IMG/VR virus record: IMGVR_UViG_3300030207_001746
Span: 1 to 31,660 of that record
DNA from: a virus
Taxonomy: Duplodnaviria > Caudoviricetes
Length of the DNA: 31,660 nucleotides
Direction: 5' to 3' (one strand)
This document shows positions 19,294-29,500 of this stretch, in pieces (position 1 is the stretch's first letter; every line of letters begins with the position of its first letter). The position numbers and the translations under genes were made by a program. Under the pieces are notes generated by a model. That model was not told the DNA's origin. It did not search any database and was given only the letters and a program-made list of their open reading frames with translations.

Positions 19294-20508
19294 ATGTCAA
19301 AAGAAGCAGCAAGCAGATCGTTAGATTATAGATTACGTGCAGACACGTTGGACCGTATTAAAGGCGCGGCAGAAGCTGGACTACGTCAAGAAGGTGATGT
19401 AATGCCAGGCGATGCACTTATTGGTCTTGGCCAACAGGCAAGCGTAGCAGTCGAAGCAGCTAGTAGAGCTAAAGAAGCAGAAAAAGAAAGGCATGAGTTA
19501 GCTGTAGAAAGTTTTAACACCGCTTTAGATAACCTTGGCTCTAGACAAAGTGCTTATTCAACAAATACATTTGATCAAGCAAAGGCTTTTGAAGAAGGTC
19601 AACGCGAAGCGTTTTTAGCCGCAGATAAAAAAACGCAGGAGACTATGCTCAAGGAAATGGGTGAGCGTAATGCGTCTATACAAGGTATGAAGGAACAAGT
19701 TACTATATTAGAAGATGTAATGAATCCTGTAGACAGTGCTGGAAACGCTACGCCTTCTGGTCTTGATTTAGAAATGCTAGAAAATATACCGGGAGGTACT
19801 GCGATGCTTAATAACATGAAAGAGTTAATAAGCCAAAAAAACACTGTGCTAAAGTACGATGAAGATAATGAAGCATACTTTGAGTATGGCGATCCACCAC
19901 AGCAGATATATAAAAAAGATGTAACCTCGTTTATTGAAATGGCTACTAAACCAGCTAACGAAGCTAAAGCGTTTGGAAATCTTATGATGAATGTTTCTGC
20001 TACAGCTATGGTCATGCCTGCGCCAGATCCTAAAGCTCAAGCCGGAGAGGATTTCCCCGTAGTTGAGCAAAAGCGTAAAGAGTTAATTAATCAAGCTAGC
20101 GATTGGGTTAACACGAACATTAATGAGAATAACGCTGGAAGGATGATGAACAGCGGATCTGTGTTTATGAACAACGGTAAAAGCTTTAGACAGATATTGC
20201 AAGATTCAGACGCTTTATTTAATGGCGTAGCATTAGATTCGTTTTTAATTAATGTAGAAAATGAGGCAACTGGTAAACCTGTAGATATTAATAATGATGG
20301 TAAGCGAGACGCAGATGATACTGCAATTATAGTAGATCTTATAGGAAACGATAGAGACAAACTCATTAGTATGATTCAAGAAGACGTTGATCTTTTTAGA
20401 ATGATTGTTATGGGCTACGTGCAAACTAACGTCAACAGTACATTTGATAACAATAGAGCAACAGCACCTATTAAAGACAGACTAGGATCTGGGTCACTTA
20501 ATAAGTAA
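19294..20508 (+). CDS. Putative middle ejection/internal virion protein (404 aa)
   Basis: Helical A/E/Q/M-rich protein between the small ejection-like gene and the giant gene. Contains a DxNxDG loop. Confidence 0.55.
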   Translation: MSKEAASRSLDYRLRADTLDRIKGAAEAGLRQEGDVMPGDALIGLGQQASVAVEAASRAKEAEKERHELAVESFNTALDNLGSRQSAYSTNTFDQAKAFEEGQREAFLAADKKTQETMLKEMGERNASIQGMKEQVTILEDVMNPVDSAGNATPSGLDLEMLENIPGGTAMLNNMKELISQKNTVLKYDEDNEAYFEYGDPPQQIYKKDVTSFIEMATKPANEAKAFGNLMMNVSATAMVMPAPDPKAQAGEDFPVVEQKRKELINQASDWVNTNINENNAGRMMNSGSVFMNNGKSFRQILQDSDALFNGVALDSFLINVENEATGKPVDINNDGKRDADDTAIIVDLIGNDRDKLISMIQEDVDLFRMIVMGYVQTNVNSTFDNNRATAPIKDRLGSGSLNK

Positions 20509-20510
20509 TA

Positions 20511-23500
20511 ATGCAAGAATTATATACAAAGTTATTTCAACAAGAGCTTTATACAAACTCGTTTGAGCAGTTTAAAATAGACTATGGTTCACCAGAGGGT
20601 GCTAGAGAACTATACAATAAACTTGCTGTACAAAGCGATTTGTATACTAATAGTTTTAGTGATTTTCAAAGAGATTACTCTATTGGTTTACCTGAATCAC
20701 AGCCTACTTCGCAGGGTAATACAGTAAAGCGTAATATAGGCAGCACTATGCTTGATGTAGGTGTCACTCGTTCTAGCGCAACTGAAGAAGACAACACAAC
20801 GACTGGACTTTTTGGAACGCAGATAAAGAGCACTTTTGATGTTTCACAAAACATACAGATGCCTGAGGTTTCCTACGATATGCCGGACACTACTGGAGTT
20901 ATTGATTTTGATCAATCATTACTTAACTTAAGCTTAGATGTACCAGAGCCAACAACTTCGCAAGTTCCCGAATATACAAATGAAAACGATCCGTTTGGCT
21001 TAGCTGCTAGCCTTGGTATAGACACGGGCACTCCTGAATATCAGAGAATGCTAGAGCTCGCGGCTCTTTTGCGCGAAGCAGAACAAAAGCGTTTAGAAGG
21101 TCCTACGCCAATGCAGATTTCTGAGGAAGAGCAGAGGATTACGGATTTAATGATGTACGGAGAAGAGCCGGTAGAAGAAGAGCCGTCAGAAGAAGATAAA
21201 GAAAAAGAGGCTCTTATAGCTAAGATGAGAGAAGAAGGCGCTGGTATTCTTGAATCACAACAACAGGGTTATAGTTCTGAAGAAAATCTTGTTAGAGCTA
21301 ACAATGCTGAAAAACCTGAGATACAAGGTATCAACAATTGGTATACTGAAAACAGTGATCGATTAAATAAAATCGAACTTGATACACCTGTAATATCACC
21401 TAACGCAACGGCAGAAGAGATTCAAAAGGCACAAGAGGCTATGCAAGAGCAGTGGTCTAATAAGGTAGAGGAGTTATATAATCAAGAGGTTGTAGAGCCG
21501 TATAACGAAGCTCTTAAAGTATATCAAAAAGCTGTAGCTACAAAAGAAAAGACAAAAGCTAGAGAAATTGTAACTGAGGTTATTAACAATAATATTGGTG
21601 GCTGGTGGTCTGAAGAGAATATGGCGAAAAACCTCAAAGAAGTACTTCCTGTTGAATACCAAATAGAAGAAGGCATTGGAGAGTACTCTGAAGGTACCGC
21701 TACGCGTCTTAGCGTTAATAATATAACTATAACTAATTCTCACGGTGTAGCAAGGAATTTTAATCTTAGAAGTAGCACGGAGTTTGCTAAAGAGCTATTT
21801 GAGTTTTTAGAAGAAGACCCTACTTTAACTGATGAAAAAGGGGAGGAGTGGGTAGAGCAAAAAGAAGCTTTTTCAAGAAATTGGCTAGATAATTATTTTG
21901 GAGAAGGCGGAAGCGGTTTCCATGCTTTTATGGACGACCCGCAACGTGTTGAAGACATACAAGCGGGAATTATTACAATAGATGATGCTCTTAAAGAAAT
22001 AAAAGGTCGTTTAGGTACTGAAGATGCTTGGACGTTATTTGGTGAAAAAGTTAGACAGGCTTATCCTGCTTTAACTGATTCAGATATAGATCACATTATT
22101 AAAGAAAGGTATCACGCCGAAATTGAGGCTCACAAAAACAAAGGTTTAGACAATTTAGCAGCTGGCTTTGATGAGAGATTATTACAAGGAGACATAACGC
22201 TTACCGAGCTCCACCCTGGCGTACCAGTTGGTGAGCATGATCCCGATAGGAATACTCTTAACTACAACGTAAATGTTTATCAAGCTAAAGAAGGACGAAC
22301 CGTAAGCATAAAAGACGCAGAACAATTCTTTAAAACATATACTGCCTCTCAGATTAATACTATTGAGGATCCTTTGATGAGAGAGTTGGCTAGCATCAAC
22401 ATGTTATTAGATAATCAAGAAAACTTGCGTTACGCTGAGATTCAATTTTATCTAAACAAAAGAGATCAGATCATACAGCAGATTAAAGAGGAAGGTGGAG
22501 AATATGAAATGCTATTTGATTTAACTACAGGGCAATTAATTAGACCAGTTGGTAAAGACAATCCATTTGTTACCGAAAATACTGAAGACGTTACTGGAGA
22601 AATACAGCAGCAAGAAAAAGAATTAAGAGCAGAATTTGCAAGTAATCCACACTTAACGCCAAGAGATATGGCTAGAGAGGCTTACGAAAAAAATGCTAAG
22701 GCTCTAGCTGTTTTAAACGCGCAGCTAAACGAAGTTCAAAGATTTGAGTTTTATCGACCGGAACTTACTTTAGAGGAACGGGTTCAAGTTAGTGAGCCTA
22801 GTACACGCGCAGGTGTAGATGTTAGAGATATGACCGTGCGCGAGGCGTTGATTAAGTCTAACTATGCTGATGGAGCCGAGGACTTTATTGAATACCATAC
22901 AGACGCATTTGGATCTAAAGTACAAGGCGGTCAGATCATGTATTTCCACGCTTTTAGCGCAGATGGAGTTGCACAGAGAAATATATTAAGGCAGCAAATG
23001 CGAGACCTTAAAATACAGCAAGAGGCATTAAAAAGAATATATCTTTTAAATGAAGATGTTATATCTATAGAAAAGAATAACGCTCAAAACTATACAAAGT
23101 TAGCTATTATGAGTCTGCCTTTTGCAGGTACTATAGGGAACATGTTAGCTCCTGAAACCATGGCTTTTGGTGGTGTTCCGACAGAAAGAGAAGTTATAGA
23201 TGAGTATATTCCTACTTTAACTAACGCTGGTATTGAAATTAGAGGAGATCAAAAAGCTTATGTTGATCGAAGTTTTGGAGAACAATTTGGCGAGGGGCTT
23301 GCTTCTAGCGCAGGTATACTTGTTGAGTTTGCCATAGCAAACAAGGCTGCAGCTGCATTAAGAACAGCTAGAATTTTTTCTGGTGGTACTAAAAGCTTAG
23401 ATATGATACTCAAAGCGCATAAAGCTAAGAGATATTGGAACGGAAAACAAGCTTTAACTGTAGCTCAAGCAACAGCAGCGGCAAACAACGCTAAATTACC

Positions 23501-26500
23501 TTTGTCAGTGTACTTAGCTCAAGGTGGTTATAACGCAACTAAAAGCGCTAGCTTAGCTTCTAAAGTTGGAGTTTTTCTAACTGAGTCTACTATTGAAGGG
23601 GCAAAGTTTGCTTCTTTGCCTTCTTCTTCAGGCGCAAGACTAGAGTCGTTTGCTACTGGTTTTGGCTTTGGTGGTGCAACACAGATTTTATCACCGATGC
23701 TAGGTACTATAAATGCGAGCACGTTTAGTCCAGCCTTTCAAAAAACTAGATTTGGCGCTATGATGGCTAACAACGCTCCAAGGCTAGAAAAAATATATAA
23801 CTTAGCGTTTAAAGGACCTTTAAGCTTCACAGTTGGTAGTGAAGTTGGAGAACTTGGACTTGCTTTGACTGACGACTTAATGGGTTACGAAGAGTTTAGT
23901 GGCATGATAGAAGAGCACTATGGCGATGGATCAAGTAACTTACAACGCTGGGCTAGCAACTGGGCTATGGGTACAGCTTTTGGTTTTACGCACGCTGCCG
24001 CTTACAAAAAAGCCGGTACAATAGAAAGTTTAAGAGAAGCTAAAAAAGAAGCAGAAGACGCTATCTTTGAAACACGAGACAACTACGTTATTAGAAATAA
24101 AAAAACAGGTGAAGTTTTTGAAGCACCTAGTAAGAAAAACTACCAGACAAAAGATTTTGAAATAATCGAAAGACCTGGTATGAGGAAGTGGCGTACTAAG
24201 AAAAAGAACGGAGAGCCCATGACTCAAGAATATCTTGTAGACATGTACCAGTTAAGTCAAAATTTATCGCAGCAATTAAGAAGAAGTGAAGATGGTTTAG
24301 ACTTAATAGATAGAACTATAGGCGCTTCAAGATTAAAGACTAGAACCTTAGAGCAAGTTAAGCACTATAAAGAAAAAGGCGCTAACGTTGAAGTAGAATA
24401 TGGTAGTCCTGAAACATACATAATACGAGATAAAAGAACTGGTAAGGTAAGAGAGGTTAACAAGAAGCCTAGTGGATCAGGCGCTGCTAACTACGAGATC
24501 TTAATGGAACCTATGGGTAATAGAAACGCAGAGGTCTATTACAAAGATAAAGACGGCAATATAATGGACGTCGGCTTAATGGGTAAAAAAGTTAAAGGCT
24601 CAACAGTAGTAGTAAGATATAACGTAGAAAAATTTGCAGAAGGATATGCTCCGCACGAGCTAGGTCACTCAGGTATGGAAATACTGTTTGGTACTAACGC
24701 TAGATTTAAAAGCGATTTCGTGCAAAAACTTATGGGTATAGCTAAAGAAATTAAACTTGGCGTAGGTCCAGATGGAGAGTTACCACTTTTTGAAAATCTT
24801 TACGATCAGATAGTAGAGCAGAACCGTTTATTTGATGTAGAAAAAACACCATGGGAAGCCGCTAAAGCAAAAGACTGGGAGCTATTTAGCCATATAGCTG
24901 AGCACTTATCTAAGCCAGAAAACTTAAGAGAGCTAAGAAAAGCAAACGCGTTTGGTAAAGTTAGAGATTTAGTTAGGCAAACTGTAGGAAAAGAATTAAA
25001 CCAAGAATATAACTTTACAAAAGAGGCAGACATAGTAGAGTTCTTTGGTAACTATATTGAAAGCATTAACAGAGGTAAGAACAGTTTAAAAGTGCTTGAG
25101 CATTTGCAAGATGTTATAGCTGAGCCAAGTAGCCCTGAGGCTAGAGAGATGGAAAGGCTTTACAACGAGCAAGGTATACATTTTACTGAAACAAGTAGAT
25201 TAGCTTCAGAGTCTAACAGACGACGTGATCTTATTAAAGAGAACGTTGATTTGTTTAAAAATAAGCCAGAAGGTTATGAGGCTAAAATGCAGGAAAATAT
25301 ACAAGCTATTAGATCAATAGATGATCTTTTAGTGATAAATAGACCTGCACAAAACGAATCAGACAACGCTAGAAAAGAAAGAGTAAATAGAATACATGCT
25401 GGCCATAAGGACGTTATGTTTAGCAAAGACTTAGTAGGTAGAGACGCTCAACGACAAGGGGAGGCTATTGATGCTATAATAAGTTCTTATAGAGGTAAGA
25501 CCATAGCTGTGGCTAAAAGTCAAGGAAGATTTGAAACGCCTACATTTGAGAACATGTCTAAGTCTGAAAGAGAAGATTTTGCATGGGATATTACTAGGCC
25601 AGAACTATTAAAACACCTAGATGCTTTTAATAGAAAGTTTAGAGAGACAGATGGAAAAGAAGGTATTGAAAATGATGATCTTGATGCTTACTTAAATTCG
25701 TACATTGTAAATAAACTAGGTACAGCATTAAAGAGACCTGGTATTGAAAAGACTGAATTTACAGGGACTACAACAGATTTAAAGCCAGGTCAAGAGCCAG
25801 CTTACACTCCTTCAGAAATGAAGTTGAACAATAAGACTGATGCTAGACTTAGAATAGATATAAGAGAAAGACTTACTGACAACGCTCCTGAAGAAAGAAA
25901 ATCAAAAATACAGGAAGGTATTAAAGAGCACGGTAAATTTGTTAAGGATTATATAGAAACAACGTCTGATGCACCTACTTCATATCGTGATTTAAAAAAT
26001 ATAAAAACTCCAAAAGAAATAGTTGACAAAGTATTTGGTAAGAACACTGCAGAGCGCATTGAAACCATAGGTAGAACTCTAGATATAGCTAAAAAATCTG
26101 CACTACCAGAAGGAACGTTATCTACTAGGACTGGTAACGTAGAACTAGAAGGTAAAGCTATTGGTGTAGCCAACACTCTACAAACAATTAATATAGCTAA
26201 AAAAGGTCAACCAGCAAACTACAAAGAGGTTTTATACGGTACTCCTAAAAAATTCGCAGAGTTTGTATCTAAAGAGACTGGAAGACTTACAGCTGAAGCA
26301 GATCCTACTGGTCAAGGCAATACACCTAAAGAATTACTTAAACTAAGTAGAGCTGAAACGCTTAAGAGGTTAGGTATAAAAGAAGTTGAAGTTGGTGGTG
26401 GTGAAGTTAGATATGACATTGACAATACGCTAGCTAAGGAATACGCTAGTGAACCTGGCTCTAAGAGCGAGAAGGCTATTGCACGAAACATAGAAGGTAT

Positions 26501-29500
26501 TAGAAAGAACTACATGGAAGAAGTAGTTAGAGGTATGACGTACCAGGTTGCCATGGAGAACTTGCCTGCTGTGTCTCAAAAGCTAGGTATTGCTACAGAG
26601 ATTTTAGCTAATCAGATTAGCGCGGGTAAAGCTAGACTTGCTAGTAAAACTTTAGAGATGAAAGATTTTACTGAGCAAATGGAGTTTTTAGATCAAATCG
26701 AAAGTAAAGAGTTTAAAGATTTGTATGAAAAAGCCGTGGCTGAAAGAGAAGAGAAGGCTTTTGAGCATGCTATGATAACTCACTTTGCAAACAACCCTGT
26801 TGAAAATATAAGCAAGACAGACATAAAGAACATTGCAAAGCAACTTGAAGCGCAGTTTACGTTTACAACTATGACGCCTAAGAGAGCTATTGAAGCGTCT
26901 ATGAAAGCCATTGCATACCCAAAAAGCTTGCAATCAATAGAGGCTAAGTATGGGTTTGAAGCTCTTGAAACAAAAAATCTATATGATACCATAGAAGGCA
27001 TTAGAGAAGGACAAGCCGCCTTTACTATGGAGGGTGGTATTATAGAGACTTTAACTCGAACTAAGGGTAAAGGAGCGTTTGAGGCTTTAATAAAAGAAGG
27101 TGTAAGTAAAGGAGCTGGTCTTGGTACTTATAGATCGCATAGAGAGTATGAAGTACGAAATAAAAGAACTGGAAAAGTAACGAAGACTAACAAGAGGCCT
27201 AGCAAATCAGAAATTGAAAACGCTGAAAATCCATTAGAAATTTTAAGCGAAACCCTTATTAAGACTGCAGAGCAGAACATGATTGAGGGAAACACCGAGT
27301 TTAGAAGCGACAACAGGTTTGCTTTGTTTGAAACAGCTGCTAAAGCACAAGAGGCTGCTGATGGTGTGTACGCTAGACTAGAGTCTGAAGGTGTTAAGCT
27401 AAAAGACTACGAAGGATCTTCACGTGCAAATTCAGACGCGGTTGGTAAGAAAAAAAGAGTATTAGAAGGAGTCACAGGAAAAGACGGAGCGTGGGATTTA
27501 AAAGCCCGCGAAGAGTTTGATAGGATAGGCGAAGAAAATAAAAAAGCTTTATTTGATGGTAAAGGAAAGTCATCTGTAGTAGAAGCAATGAAAGATATGT
27601 ACGTTAATGGCGACATAACGTACCGTCAAGTTAGGCAAATCGTTGAAGGGCAAGGAGGTCCTATGGAAGGCTTGATTAAAAAATCAGCTTCGCTAGCCGT
27701 GTTACCTGAAACGAGTAGAGCAGATATAGAGGCTGTATACGGAAAAAATTGGGTTCTTGAACATACTACTCCAGCTCAGTACGTAAAAGCTAGAATATAT
27801 GATTACATATTATCTGGAGGTAAGGCGCCACAAGCTAAAGCCTTAAAACTTACTCTTAGAGATTATCATACTACTCTTATACCAGAGTCGTTAGACACAA
27901 TGGTAAATAAAATATTAAAAACTGATTTACCATCGTTCCACGTACCAGGTATGGATCCTATAGAATCTAGGTATTATATGGCTAACCATAAATCTCCTTT
28001 TGATTTATCGTTAGTTAACTATAGAAATAATAAAGTCTATAGCAAAACAGGTTTATCTGTTGCTGAAATATCTAGAAGAGGTGCTATGCTTAGAGAGTCT
28101 TATGCAGAGATGATAAGCCCTCGTTTAGCATCAAAAAATTTAGAGCCTACCCGTATGCTTGAGCAAATGGAAACTATGAAGAAGGCTGTAGCTAATTCTA
28201 GAAATCCTCGTGCTAAGAAGAAGGGTATGAGCACGTTTGATTTTGACGAGACTTTAATTGTAGATGGAGAAAACTTCGTTGTAGCAACTAAAGATGGTAA
28301 GCGTGTAGAAATTAGTAGCGAAAAGTGGCCTATAGAAGGTCCTAAGTATGCTGAGCAAGGGTATGAATTTGACTTTTCTGATTTTGCAAATGTAAGAGGT
28401 GGTACCGACGGGCCACTGCTACAGAAGATGAGAAATCAAATAAGCAAGTATGGATCAAACAATGTGTTTGTATTGACAGCCAGACAACAAGCGTCGGCTG
28501 AACCTATACATAGTTGGCTTAAAAGCAAAGGCATAGACATACCTTTAGAAAATATTACTGGTCTAGGCAAGAGTGAAGGCGCGGCAAAGGCTCAGTGGAT
28601 GTTAGAAAAGTTTGCTGAAGGTTATAACGATATGTACTTTGTCGATGACGCTTTACCTAACGTTGAAGCTGTTAGAGAAGTGTTAAGCCAACTTGATATT
28701 AAGTCTAACGTTCAACAAGCGCGTAGACTAGCTTCGAAAGACATGAACTTAGAGTTCAATCAAATGATTGAGCGTAAAACTGGCATTGGTTACCAAAAGA
28801 TATTTAGCGGAGCTAAAGGTAAAATGCTAGGTAAGCGTAGATATACTCAGTCAATTGTAGTGCCTGGCGCTCAAGACTTTATGGGCCTTATGCAAAACTT
28901 TATGGGTAAAGGTAAACGAGGTGATGCTGACAGAGCTTTCTTTGAAGAAAACTTAGTTAAGCCTTTTGCTAGAGCTACTAAAGAAATGAACGAAGCTAGA
29001 CAAAGATCTTCTGAAGATCTTAAGGCTTTGTATAAAGATATACCTAGTGTTAAAAGAAAATTAAACAAACGACTACCTGGATCTGCTTTTACGTATGATC
29101 AAGCTATTAGGACTTACTTATGGGAGAAAAACGGTTTTAATATTCCTGAGTTATCTATGAGAGATTTAAAGTCACTGACTGATGTTGTTAACAAAGACGT
29201 TGAATTACGTAACTTTGCCGAGCAATTAAATATGATAGGTAAAGGCACGTGGGTTGAACCATCAGCTAACTGGATAGGTGAAACTATTGTATCAGATTTG
29301 TTTAACTTAAATAACAAAGCTAGACGAGCTGAATACCTACAAGAGTGGCAAGAAAATATCGACACTATATTCTCACCAACTAATCTAAATAAAATTGAAG
29401 CCACTCAAGGTAGTAAATTTAGAGAAGCTCTTGAAGATTCTATATATAGAATGAAGACAGGTTCTAATAGACCTACAGGTGCTAATAGGTTAACTAATCA

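Noticed and set aside
23544-23565. SLASK (and ELAS, GLAS, RLES elsewhere) as extra cleavage sites in the giant protein
   Set aside because: These are only partial matches to RLAS, expected by chance, and not at evident domain borders. They were not counted, though degenerate sites cannot be excluded.
28236-28256. DFD in FDFDETL as a crAss-type RNA polymerase catalytic motif
   Set aside because: The third Asp of DxDxD is missing, and HAD motifs II-IV follow in the right order, so it is HAD motif I.
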